Below, piece after piece: positions 1 to 8,067 of a stretch of 32,156 nt of DNA. The translations under genes were made by a program, and so were the position numbers. Location of the stretch: the IMG/VR virus record IMGVR_UViG_3300020044_004457, positions 1-32,156 of that record; one strand, 5' to 3'. The stretch's first letter is position 1; every line of letters starts with the position of its first letter. This DNA is from a virus. Lineage: Duplodnaviria > Caudoviricetes. The notes below the pieces were generated by a model. The model was not told where the DNA came from. It ran no database searches and worked only from the letters and a program-made list of their open reading frames with translations.

Positions 1-1
1 T

Positions 2-97
2 CTTGACGCCGATTATCTAAACGAGATTGGCGCAATTAAGGATGGCGCTTTAAAAGCAAAGCCACAGCATCGCGACCCGCATTTTCTGCGCAGATAA
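2..97 (+). CDS. 3' end of a possible convergent gene entering from the left edge (LDADYLNEIGAIKDGALKAKPQHRDPHFLRR*)
   Basis: Open frame from base 2 to TAA at 95-97; start lies outside the window; no recognisable motif. Confidence 0.3.
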   Translation, partial: LDADYLNEIGAIKDGALKAKPQHRDPHFLRR

Positions 98-268
98 CTG
101 CCCTATGATTGATGTGGCTTGGCAGGGATAAGGGCGAGGCAGGATTACTCCTAACCTCGCCGGGTCGCTCCTACTACACGGTTGAGCCGCATTCAGAGCA
201 AGGCGCAAGCATACGGAATCCAACGCAAAAGGCAAGGGCGAACGAACGGTCACTTGATCGCTTCATGG

Positions 269-841
269 CTACTCCACCTTCCCCACGTCCAAAGCCCAAT
301 CCCTAAGCGCCATAAGCTGCGCGTAATTCTCGGCGGCAATCTCTAGGTCGTCGGCTCTGACAAGAAATTCGGCTTTCGCGGCATCTTGCAAAGGCTCACC
401 GGACACTGTGGCGCTTTCGCCTGTTCCGGCGCGACCGGCAGAACCTTGAGCGGCTCTGGACCGCCGCATCCAGTCAGCAAGATTGATCCGGCTATCAGCA
501 AGTAACGCATCGTAATTCCTTTCAGACTTTGCAGCAATGGCCGCATATTCATTCTCTATCCGCTCGACCTGCTTGCGGTTCATGTCTGCCGCGGCCTTTT
601 GCGCGTTGGTGTATTCTACCCGCGTTTTAATGTGGGCCGTCGCTTCGACCGTGTAGCGTTCTTTCCAGTGCGCCACCTGCTTGCGAAGCGATACGTTCGA
701 GAGGAACAGATAAACGCCCGCCATAAGCAGCACGGCGATAGCTACCCGATACCATGCTTTGAACAGCCACCGGACGCATTCTGTGAGCCACGACAAGAGG
801 CGTTTGCCGATGCCTAGCAGGGAGATGGCCATACTAAGCAC
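269..841 (-). CDS. Rz: Inner-membrane spanin (Rz-like)
   Basis: N-terminal TM segment (VAIAVLLMAGVYLFLS), then a helical/coiled-coil region; last gene of the lysis cassette; contains an embedded lipoprotein ORF. Confidence 0.8.
   Translation of the reverse strand: MLSMAISLLGIGKRLLSWLTECVRWLFKAWYRVAIAVLLMAGVYLFLSNVSLRKQVAHWKERYTVEATAHIKTRVEYTNAQKAAADMNRKQVERIENEYAAIAAKSERNYDALLADSRINLADWMRRSRAAQGSAGRAGTGESATVSGEPLQDAAKAEFLVRADDLEIAAENYAQLMALRDWALDVGKVE
343..510 (-). CDS. Rz1: Outer-membrane spanin lipoprotein (Rz1-like), embedded in Rz, 55 aa
   Basis: AAAGGA RBS, then MRYLLIAGSILLTG-C lipobox and a Pro-rich mature part; alternative frame entirely inside the i-spanin gene. Confidence 0.8.
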   Translation of the reverse strand: MRYLLIAGSILLTGCGGPEPLKVLPVAPEQAKAPQCPVSLCKMPRKPNFLSEPTT

Positions 842-1157
842 GGTCGGCCTCTGCGCCCGTTAAATCGAGCGTGTCAGGGGCAACGTGGATAGGGTCTTGC
901 GGCTTGCCCGTCGCTGCGTCCATAGCCTTGTCATCGCCTCGCGCCGTGCTGCCAAAATAATAACCAAACGCCGTTGTGGACAGCCCGAGAACAAGCCCGA
1001 TTGCCAGCATGAACGCATCGCGGTTTGACTGCACAATCTCGTTCGTCATCAATCCGTTTAGCGTGTATGCAGCCAAGGCGAGGGCAAGCAGGGCAAGGAT
1101 GAATCGCGCCGTGGCTGGTGATAGAAACATCGACCAGAATTTAGCCCATCCGGTCAC
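834..1157 (-). CDS. Holin-like 2-TM membrane protein
   Basis: Two hydrophobic helices ending GYYFGST and a charged C-tail; between endolysin and spanin; start uncertain (GTG 1157 overlapping endolysin stop, or ATG 1130). Confidence 0.6.
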   Translation of the reverse strand: MTGWAKFWSMFLSPATARFILALLALALAAYTLNGLMTNEIVQSNRDAFMLAIGLVLGLSTTAFGYYFGSTARGDDKAMDAATGKPQDPIHVAPDTLDLTGAEADRA

Positions 1158-1762
1158 CACTCCCACCCCCCGGCCTTCAAAGCATCCTGAAATGCAACCG
1201 CGTATTTGGCTATCAATGCGGCTTTATCCACCCCGTTGATAATGCGCCGCGCTGCCTGAAATTGCGCCGCCGTAGCCAGTCCAGATGCGGGCAGGTAGCT
1301 TTGGAATGACTTGCCGGTGAACCATCCTTCGCGCATACCATGGCGCAATATGTCAGCGGCCACGTTCCGGTCCATTGCCAAGTCCGGATTGCCGATAAGC
1401 TGCACATTCAACTTTGCGGCAGCCTTGGCATAATTCGCACGGCCCGTTAGTTGCACGTATCCACGGCCTGCAAACTGGACGCCATCACCAGGAACAGTGT
1501 TGCCAAGCTGGCGGGCAAGTCTTGGGTTCTGCCCTTTGATGTCATATCGCCGGAAGAAGTAATTCGGGCCGCCAAATTCCTTGATAGGCTGCAATGTGTG
1601 CGCTGTCTCATGCCAAGCCGTAGCAAGGGCATAGGCACACCATGCAATAGGAAGCCCCTGCATGGCCTCTAGGATAGCGTTTGCGCCTGATACCTCATCA
1701 TCGTCCAGTGTTGGACCCATGACGCCTGCACGGCAGGCATCGAAGAATTTACGCAGGTTCAT
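1154..1762 (-). CDS. Endolysin, glycoside hydrolase family 19 (chitinase/lysozyme-like)
   Basis: AYALATAWHET, PIKE, GDGVQFAGRGYVQLTGRANY and ARRIING motifs typical of GH19 phage endolysins. Confidence 0.92.
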   Translation of the reverse strand: MNLRKFFDACRAGVMGPTLDDDEVSGANAILEAMQGLPIAWCAYALATAWHETAHTLQPIKEFGGPNYFFRRYDIKGQNPRLARQLGNTVPGDGVQFAGRGYVQLTGRANYAKAAAKLNVQLIGNPDLAMDRNVAADILRHGMREGWFTGKSFQSYLPASGLATAAQFQAARRIINGVDKAALIAKYAVAFQDALKAGGWEW

Positions 1763-1938
1763 TGCTTACCCCCATATTTGATAGCCCCATAGGCCGCGAT
1801 GAATACCAGCGCGCCGATAAGCGCCTTCCAGACAAGGCCCCACAGCCCCTTACCCAAATCACGATAGAATTTGTCAGTCAGCCGCACTTCAAGCGCGTCA
1901 ACTATCGCGGTCACGTCTGAATCGCTTAATTGCCTCAC
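1759..1938 (-). CDS. Small single-TM holin/antiholin-like protein, 59 aa (not in ORF track)
   Basis: MRQLSDSDVTAIVDALEVRLTDKFYRDLGKGLWGLVWKALIGALVFIAAYGAIKYGGKQ; GTGA overlap upstream and ATGA overlap with the endolysin start. Confidence 0.7.
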   Translation of the reverse strand: MRQLSDSDVTAIVDALEVRLTDKFYRDLGKGLWGLVWKALIGALVFIAAYGAIKYGGKQ

Positions 1939-2390
1939 TTGCGCCCCCTGAAATAATAAGCCGCGCTAGATACTGGATGGCGAACGCTGCAAAGGGCAGA
2001 ATCCACAACCTTTCGTATTCCATCGTCCATTGCCCCAACCATCCCTAATTGTAGTGCTGCCAATGCAAAAAGCGTCCCGTAATGCCACCAAGGCTCGGAA
2101 CCGCCGCTGGCATAAACAGCCGCGTTTAAGGCTAACATGGGGATGAAAAATATCGCGGCGCGACGAGCTGCTTTCCCGCCCTCCCATGTCATCAACCAAA
2201 AGCCGGTTATGAAGTCGATTGTGCAATACCCGATCAGGTAATGCGGATAGCCGACATTGCTCATAACCAGCGCTTGATTGATAAACCAGTTTGCCGCCAA
2301 TGCGTCCACAATCCGGCCATGCTCACCTTTGCGAAGGCAATACATGGCCGCGATGTAAAGCAGCATCAAAGGCGTAATTATCGCCGTCAT
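1935..2390 (-). CDS. Multi-pass (about 5 TM) membrane protein of unknown function, 151 aa
   Basis: Five hydrophobic stretches with buried polar residues (ANW, TIDF, LQL); overlaps both neighbouring genes. Confidence 0.75.
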   Translation of the reverse strand: MTAIITPLMLLYIAAMYCLRKGEHGRIVDALAANWFINQALVMSNVGYPHYLIGYCTIDFITGFWLMTWEGGKAARRAAIFFIPMLALNAAVYASGGSEPWWHYGTLFALAALQLGMVGAMDDGIRKVVDSALCSVRHPVSSAAYYFRGRK

Positions 2391-2491
2391 TTTTCTGGCT
2401 TTGGCTTTGGCTTTGGCTTGCGACTTGTTGGCGGTGGGCTTTGTCCACCACTCATATAAAGCGTTACCGGCATTTGATAAACTACGTTCAT
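2387..2491 (-). CDS. 34-aa peptide MNVVYQMPVTLYMSGGQSPPPTSRKPKPKPKPEK (not in ORF track)
   Basis: AAGGAG RBS 6 nt before ATG; stop overlaps the start of the membrane gene (ATGA). Confidence 0.7.
   Translation of the reverse strand: MNVVYQMPVTLYMSGGQSPPPTSRKPKPKPKPEK
2396..2419. repeat. Hexamer tandem repeat (TGGCTT)x4 encoding (KP)4
   Basis: Read directly from the sequence. Confidence 0.9.
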
Positions 2492-2506
2492 GTCGTTCTC
2501 CTTATG

Positions 2507-2560
2507 TTAAGCAGTGCTTTGTGCCATTGCCGAGGCGGTCCAGAAGTCATGCATGGTCAT
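2507..2560 (-). CDS. 17-aa peptide MTMHDFWTASAMAQSTA (not in ORF track)
   Basis: GGAG RBS 7 nt before ATG; initiation region nearly duplicates that of the next peptide gene. Confidence 0.45.
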   Translation of the reverse strand: MTMHDFWTASAMAQSTA

Positions 2561-2608
2561 GTCAGTTCTCCAATGTCTGTTAAAAGTTGGGTCATGGCTT
2601 GGCACCCA

Positions 2609-4651
2609 TCAAACCACCCACATCATCGGGCCAGAGCGAACGCCCTTGGTCCCTGCCGCCGTCCATGCAGATGTATTATTGTCAGCATCCCGCGTTAAGG
2701 TGATAACCCCGCCGCTGTCGATGATACCATGGGCCAAAATAAAATTGCTGTTATCCAGTGCGGCGATAGTCCCGGCACCAACACTCGACGCTGGACGAAA
2801 TGCCGCAGGAACGCCCGTCAATGTGCAAGCCGTGGTGTTTGATGTCCCGTTGATAGCTGGAAACTGCGCAAAACATAGTGGGCCGCGCCGCACAAACTTA
2901 ACAGACCCCGTTACCGTGGCCGTAATGCCTGTTATCGTAATGTCGGCATTAATGCTGAAATTGCCTGTTAATGTCGCTGCGATGGTTGAACCGCTGCTTG
3001 AAAGAATCTCTCCCGCCGTGCAGTCAGTTAGGTCGAAGTCCTCAAAGTGGATAGTATTGCCTGTGTTGGTATTGACCACCACAATGCCGTTAATCATCAC
3101 ATTCGTGTCAACGCCTGTGTTGCGGTCGCCGGAATGCCACTTTGCAATGCGGAGATCGATGTCGTTGCCCTCAACCCGGGCAACCAATGGATTAACGCTA
3201 GCACTTCGGGTGTTTGTCGAACGCGCATCAATCGTTGCCCGCAAAATGTTGCCAGCGATTTTCCAACCTACACGGTAAGATTGCTCGTCCTGTATCTGAT
3301 AATAACCATCGTTTGCGTTGCCCATTGTAACCGCACCGCTATCCGCGCCGGGGTCGCCATGACCGAACGATGTGCATCCAAGGAAACTGTTGAAGCTATT
3401 GCGCGCAGACGTTGAAGGCCCAATGTCCCAAAACGCCTCACCCTTCTTGGATGAGCCGTTGCCGTTCGTCGCGCTTGCGGTGAAGTTGTTCGTCGCAGTG
3501 CAGCTAATGGCTTTGCAGTTAGTGGAGCCTCTATCGCTCAGGCCCGTAAACACCACGCCACGACGGCAGTTGATGATGGTTGCGTTCTTCACAATCATCT
3601 GGTCGCTGCCGTGGCTGTCCGCTGCGTGCCATGTCGGGATATTAAAGAACGTGGGGCTATCCACCACAATATCACGGCTGTAGGGATTCTGCACGCGGTC
3701 AGGAGTGCCACCCGTCAATGCCGTTGCTGTAATGCCGTAAGCGTTCAGTTCGCTGGTTGCGAGAACGCCCGTATCGAGCTGACCCGCCAGTGTGTTGACG
3801 AACAGGTTTAAGCTTCGGTAAATATCGACCGAGTACAGGAACACGCCAGAATAACCAGTATTGAGAATCCTAACATTCTCATCGCCGCAGTTACGTGAAT
3901 AGCGATGTTCAATGGCAATGCTGCCAAAACCGTTGAATGTGGTGTTGCGAACATAGACATTTTCGATAAATGTAGGCGCAACACCCGCTCCGTTCAGCGT
4001 CCCACTTACCAGAATTGCACCACTACCCGCGTTGTAGCCGCTGGTTGTGCTGCCGGTGTAAACAAACGTGCCGCCGATAATTTCAGTCCCTGCCGCCGCA
4101 ATAGGGATTGTCAGGGCCGTAATGGCATTGGGAACATTGATAATCGCGCCGGTTGCCTTTACGACAACCTTGCCGGTTAGCGTTACTGCGCTAGTCCATG
4201 AATATGTCTGCCCCGGCCTGAAATGTAGTTCCGCACCGCGCAAAACAGCCGCGTCAAACGCTTGCTGAAACGTGTCGTAATCCTCGGTCCAAACATGCAG
4301 CCGGTTGAATATAACGGGCAAGGTTGTAGGGATTCCTCCGGTTCCATCCGGGATAATTACAATATCAGATGCAGACCCGCCGCCCGTGATGCCATCCGCC
4401 TCTTGTATCAATGCACCTAGCGATGTTTCTAACCGCACCCGATACGTCACCGCAGGGTCAAGATATATAGCGACAAACCGACCAAAAGCATCGGCAATAA
4501 CGGTCGAACCAATCGATGTACTTAAAGCAGGGTCGCTATACACGTTTGCTGGAGTTGTTGTCTCTGTGACATAAAATTCCATCCGTGCAGCAGGCGCAAT
4601 AACACCGAGCGTATTGAACGCAGGAACGAAAGGCATTGATAGGTAGGTCAT
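2609..4651 (-). CDS. Tailspike / receptor-binding protein with right-handed beta-helix (putative polysaccharide depolymerase)
   Basis: N-terminal head-binding-type domain (FYVTETTTPANVYSD...ADAFGR...YRVRL); FQQAFDAA helix cap, then Asn/Thr/Gly-rich beta-helix repeats; follows the ejection genes as P22 gp9 does. Confidence 0.8.
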   Translation of the reverse strand: MTYLSMPFVPAFNTLGVIAPAARMEFYVTETTTPANVYSDPALSTSIGSTVIADAFGRFVAIYLDPAVTYRVRLETSLGALIQEADGITGGGSASDIVIIPDGTGGIPTTLPVIFNRLHVWTEDYDTFQQAFDAAVLRGAELHFRPGQTYSWTSAVTLTGKVVVKATGAIINVPNAITALTIPIAAAGTEIIGGTFVYTGSTTSGYNAGSGAILVSGTLNGAGVAPTFIENVYVRNTTFNGFGSIAIEHRYSRNCGDENVRILNTGYSGVFLYSVDIYRSLNLFVNTLAGQLDTGVLATSELNAYGITATALTGGTPDRVQNPYSRDIVVDSPTFFNIPTWHAADSHGSDQMIVKNATIINCRRGVVFTGLSDRGSTNCKAISCTATNNFTASATNGNGSSKKGEAFWDIGPSTSARNSFNSFLGCTSFGHGDPGADSGAVTMGNANDGYYQIQDEQSYRVGWKIAGNILRATIDARSTNTRSASVNPLVARVEGNDIDLRIAKWHSGDRNTGVDTNVMINGIVVVNTNTGNTIHFEDFDLTDCTAGEILSSSGSTIAATLTGNFSINADITITGITATVTGSVKFVRRGPLCFAQFPAINGTSNTTACTLTGVPAAFRPASSVGAGTIAALDNSNFILAHGIIDSGGVITLTRDADNNTSAWTAAGTKGVRSGPMMWVV

Positions 4652-4679
4652 TGCTTATTGTGCTTTCCGTTGGTAACAA
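4651..4679 (+). promoter_or_regulatory. Candidate sigma70-type antisense promoter TTGCTT-N17-TAACAA
   Basis: 17-bp spacer with TG extension; ATG lies 5 nt after the -10 box (leaderless geometry). Confidence 0.4.
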
Positions 4680-4684
4680 AACGC

Positions 4685-4786
4685 ATGAAAAAACTGCGCT
4701 GGATTGTCGGCGTTCCCTTGTTGTTTTGGCAGTTTGATTGGGTCATCAAGGTTCTTTCCGGTCACTATTTGCCGCCGCCGCCATAG
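4685..4786 (+). CDS. 33-aa hydrophobic peptide MKKLRWIVGVPLLFWQFDWVIKVLSGHYLPPPP, convergent with the large ejection gene
   Basis: Basic N-terminus plus hydrophobic/aromatic core; candidate promoter directly upstream. Confidence 0.4.
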   Translation: MKKLRWIVGVPLLFWQFDWVIKVLSGHYLPPPP

Positions 4787-7658
4787 GTCCGGTGTCGTTT
4801 GCCGCCTGCAAAAGATAATTACTCAAAGCATTTACTTCGCCGCCGATAGCAGGCTCAGTCGCCGCGATACGGTTTAGCCCACGCATACTGTCGGCAATCT
4901 GTTGTGGTGTCCGTGCGACTACTGCCTTTGAAAGCCATCGTTGAAACTTTGGCGACATCGCCATGCGGGCAGAAATATAGTCGCGGCCAAGCTTTGCGCC
5001 GCCGGCCGCTACACCAACCGCTAACGCAGTTCCGCTAACACCACCACTAAGGACAGCCGTGCCGCCACCGCCAAGGCCAGCACTTGTCAGGACAGACCTC
5101 CAATCATTGCCCAAGCCAGTGTTGCTGGTGTTGCGCTTTACGCGGTCAAATGCCGTTGCAATGGTTTTTAGGTTAGCCAGTGATTTTGCGCCATCCGCAC
5201 CGAATATCGTTGCCCTTGTGCTGGCAGGTATGTTTTCGATATTCTTGGCAAGATACGCCAGCGAAAATTCACCTTTGGTATTTTTGCCCAAGCTATCAGC
5301 TATGGTCGCTCCAAGGTCCGCCTTTTCATCCGGTGCAAGCGTGTTAAAGAACTTGCGAAGCCCTTCAGCATCGCCGCCCTTACCGCGCATGGCGGTTAGC
5401 TTTCTGGCGATTGTTTCGCCTGCAAGATTATCCTGTCTGCGTCCGATAACTTTCTGCAAAGTGCCGTTGATAAAATCCATACGCTCACGGTAGCCCTTAT
5501 CGGCAACGTCGAACGCGCGGGCTGCATCTGCTTTACCCTGCGATGAAAGTCCTGCACGAATATCATCTGCCGCAGCGTCCATTATGCCCAAAACCTGCGC
5601 CTCACTTTCGCCAAAGGTCAATTCGCCTTTGCTGATAAGCTTACGCATTTTTGTACGAGCGCGGCGCAATGCACCCACGGATAGGTCTTTAGAAAAATCT
5701 TTTTCCAGAGTTTTCAGGAAGTTTATTTCAGGGCTGTTTAATCCTGCTGTTTCTGTCAAATCCCCAATAGCGCCCTTGATAGAAGCAAGCGCATTGGTAG
5801 GCGCAACCTTTACGTTACCTGCTAGGTTTTCAGCCTTGTCGTAAGCACGGGTCGCCGCCTTGCCGCTGTCTTTGATTGACCTCTCCGCCGCAGTGCGAAC
5901 AAGATTGCCAACATTCTCGCCATCAGGAATAACATTGCCGGTCGATAGGTTGCCCACACGGCTTTCCACAGCGTCAGCAACGCCCTTCATAGTCCTGTCA
6001 ATAACCGGACGGCCTGCCATAGTGCTATCAAGCGCAGTAGCCCTTACCCCGGCATTGGGGTCCAATATCGCACGGGGCAGGGTTATGCCCTCCTCATTAG
6101 CCGCCCGCGCTGTATCAACTGCCTCAGCAGTTGCCTTGCGGCCAATACGTGAACCAACAAGCTGCGCGCCTTTGGTTAGACCGTAGGTAGCGCCCGCGCC
6201 TAATGCGGCACCGGCCACCGTTCCGACAGCACTACCGCCAGCACCCTCGCCATAACCAAAGCCCGACAAAGCACCTTGCAGCGCACCGGAATTAACTAAC
6301 TGGCGCGTTGTTTGCGGGACGGTCGATGTTAAAGCAGCCGTGCCAAATGATGCACCACCGCCCGCTATTTCAGCCGCCGTTCCTAATACTCCTTCACGTT
6401 CTCGCGCTTGGTCCAGACGCAGCCTTTGGGCATCGCGGCCTAGTCTGTAACCCTCAATAGGGTTTTCGCCCTGTAGGAGACTTGAAAGCCCGCGACCCAC
6501 GCCTGCCGCTTCATCACCAAGGCCAATCATCATGCCTTGCTGCGATAATTCGCTTAGGCCAGCTTCACCTAGTCCAGCATCCATTGCGGCGGCTTCGTTT
6601 GCCACCTGTTTGTTATAGTCGGCTTCCGCAACCGAACTATCGACCGGCCCAAAGCGATAGCCCTTGCGGGCATATTCCAACTGTTGCTGAAAATCCGCTG
6701 CGTTAGGCAAAGGTGCGCCAAGGTCAGCATAGACCTTTATCATGTCGTCGGCGGTTAATTCAGGGTTGCCAGTAATAGCGTTAAGGCCAGCCATCAACGT
6801 GGCTTCCTTGTTCGGGTCTAGTCCGATGTTGGCAAGATATGCTGTGCGGTCAAATCCTCCTGCATCACCTTCAAGCCCCAAGCGAACGTCTGTGCCAGTA
6901 GGAACGCCCCCTGTCATATCAGGGCCACCGGGCGCAGGGTTGATAATCACACCGTCCCGCATTTTAGCAGGGTCAATCGTGATGCCTAAATCCTGCTTTT
7001 CACCGTCAGCAGGCCCGTAGATAGCATCAACCGCAGCAATGGCTTGTTCAATATTAGGAGCCTTGGCCCCTGCCTGCAAACGCCCCGCCTCAATGATTTG
7101 CTGAAACTTGCGGCGCTTTTGGGCTATGTTGTAAGGGCTATCGCTCACAGTCGGGAAAAGGCTGCGCGCATAACCTTCAAGCTGGCTTGGTGTGTAGGCC
7201 GCGCCTGTTGCAAGCGTTAGCGCGCTGTCGATAGCAATAAACTGTGAGCCGGAAACATCGCGGCGTTCTTGGCTTTGCGCCATTTCACGGGCGTCTGGGC
7301 CAAATACACCAGCGCCAATTTCAAGCCAGCTAGGCTGCGCCGCGTCGGGAGATTTTTTTGTTACCGCCCTGATATTGTTCATTGCCGATTGCAGGTTTGT
7401 TGTCAGTGCAGCGGCTTTGTTTTCGCCTTCAGTCCCATCAACACCGCCAGTGGCTTTAAATCGCGCTTCCTCCGCTGCGTTCTTCAAACGCTTGTTTTCC
7501 GCTTCCAGTTGCGAATTAATAAGAGCCTGCTCTGCGTTTAGTAGGCTCTGATTTTTGACAGCCTCGTCCAGTGGGTCACGCGGTTTAGCTATACCCGGAA
7601 TATATCCGCGCTGCGCAGGGGCTTTGTTGGAAGGGATAAGGTCGTCAAACGGTCCCAT
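4746..7658 (-). CDS. Large DNA ejection (internal virion) protein, 970 aa, P22 gp16 position
   Basis: Probable start MGPFDDLIP at a TAATG overlap (7658); Ala/Gly-rich and helical with glycine-zipper hydrophobic segments; between transglycosylase and tailspike. Confidence 0.7.
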   Translation of the reverse strand: MGPFDDLIPSNKAPAQRGYIPGIAKPRDPLDEAVKNQSLLNAEQALINSQLEAENKRLKNAAEEARFKATGGVDGTEGENKAAALTTNLQSAMNNIRAVTKKSPDAAQPSWLEIGAGVFGPDAREMAQSQERRDVSGSQFIAIDSALTLATGAAYTPSQLEGYARSLFPTVSDSPYNIAQKRRKFQQIIEAGRLQAGAKAPNIEQAIAAVDAIYGPADGEKQDLGITIDPAKMRDGVIINPAPGGPDMTGGVPTGTDVRLGLEGDAGGFDRTAYLANIGLDPNKEATLMAGLNAITGNPELTADDMIKVYADLGAPLPNAADFQQQLEYARKGYRFGPVDSSVAEADYNKQVANEAAAMDAGLGEAGLSELSQQGMMIGLGDEAAGVGRGLSSLLQGENPIEGYRLGRDAQRLRLDQAREREGVLGTAAEIAGGGASFGTAALTSTVPQTTRQLVNSGALQGALSGFGYGEGAGGSAVGTVAGAALGAGATYGLTKGAQLVGSRIGRKATAEAVDTARAANEEGITLPRAILDPNAGVRATALDSTMAGRPVIDRTMKGVADAVESRVGNLSTGNVIPDGENVGNLVRTAAERSIKDSGKAATRAYDKAENLAGNVKVAPTNALASIKGAIGDLTETAGLNSPEINFLKTLEKDFSKDLSVGALRRARTKMRKLISKGELTFGESEAQVLGIMDAAADDIRAGLSSQGKADAARAFDVADKGYRERMDFINGTLQKVIGRRQDNLAGETIARKLTAMRGKGGDAEGLRKFFNTLAPDEKADLGATIADSLGKNTKGEFSLAYLAKNIENIPASTRATIFGADGAKSLANLKTIATAFDRVKRNTSNTGLGNDWRSVLTSAGLGGGGTAVLSGGVSGTALAVGVAAGGAKLGRDYISARMAMSPKFQRWLSKAVVARTPQQIADSMRGLNRIAATEPAIGGEVNALSNYLLQAANDTGPMAAAANSDRKEP

Positions 7659-8023
7659 TATCGTTGTGCCTTTGATATAAGTTTGCGGACATAGTTGCGC
7701 GTTTCTGCGGGCATATGTTGCAACCAATTTGCGCCATGTTCTTTAATCGCAGCATCGACGCGGCCCGGTCCTGCATTGTATGCCGCCCACATCTTGCGTA
7801 AATCACCACCGTAGCGTGATTGCATCTCTGCACGATATTCACGTCCAAGACGGTTCATGTCCGCTGCGTTGTTAGGGTTAGCAGGGCGTAGACCAAAGCC
7901 GGGGTCGCGGGCTGTTTCAGGCATCACCTGCATTGCAAACTTTGCACCCTTTGGCGAAGTCACAGCGCGGCCATTCGCATAATCACGATTACCGCTTTCA
8001 ACGCTTGCTGTCAGCGCGTCCAA
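7658..8023 (-). CDS. Lytic transglycosylase (SLT/GH23) domain; probably the frameshift extension of the upstream ejection protein
   Basis: VESGN catalytic Glu, SPKGAKFAMQVMPET, AAYNAGPGRV, ETRNYV; only a TTG start with no normally spaced SD. Confidence 0.88.
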   Translation of the reverse strand: MDALTASVESGNRDYANGRAVTSPKGAKFAMQVMPETARDPGFGLRPANPNNAADMNRLGREYRAEMQSRYGGDLRKMWAAYNAGPGRVDAAIKEHGANWLQHMPAETRNYVRKLISKAQR

Positions 8024-8067
8024 CTTACTGCCCCGGAAAGGTGGCAGGACTTGCGCCCTGACCTCCT
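8021..8067 (-). promoter_or_regulatory. Candidate +1 ribosomal frameshift signal
   Basis: - strand reads AGGAGGT CAGGGC-GCAA-GTCCTG CCACC TTT CCG GGG CAG TAA G TTG; the +1 frame is open from TTC into the SLT ORF. Confidence 0.55.

Noticed and set aside
109-306. + strand 65-aa ORF and - strand 50-253 ORF
   Set aside because: No RBS or motif seen; cannot be supported
2580-2608. Possible terminator after the tailspike (TGGGT...ACCCA then ACTTTT)
   Set aside because: Only a 5-bp stem with a long loop; too weak to call
7659-7727. Track start of the 993-aa ORF
   Set aside because: Overlaps the SLT gene; the TAATG-coupled ATG at 7658 is more plausible
8021-8067. Hairpin-assisted initiation at TTG 8023 (T4 gene 38-like) as explanation of the SD+stem
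   Set aside because: Even with the stem folded, 21 nt remain between stem and TTG; disfavoured, although re-initiation after the adjacent stop is not excluded
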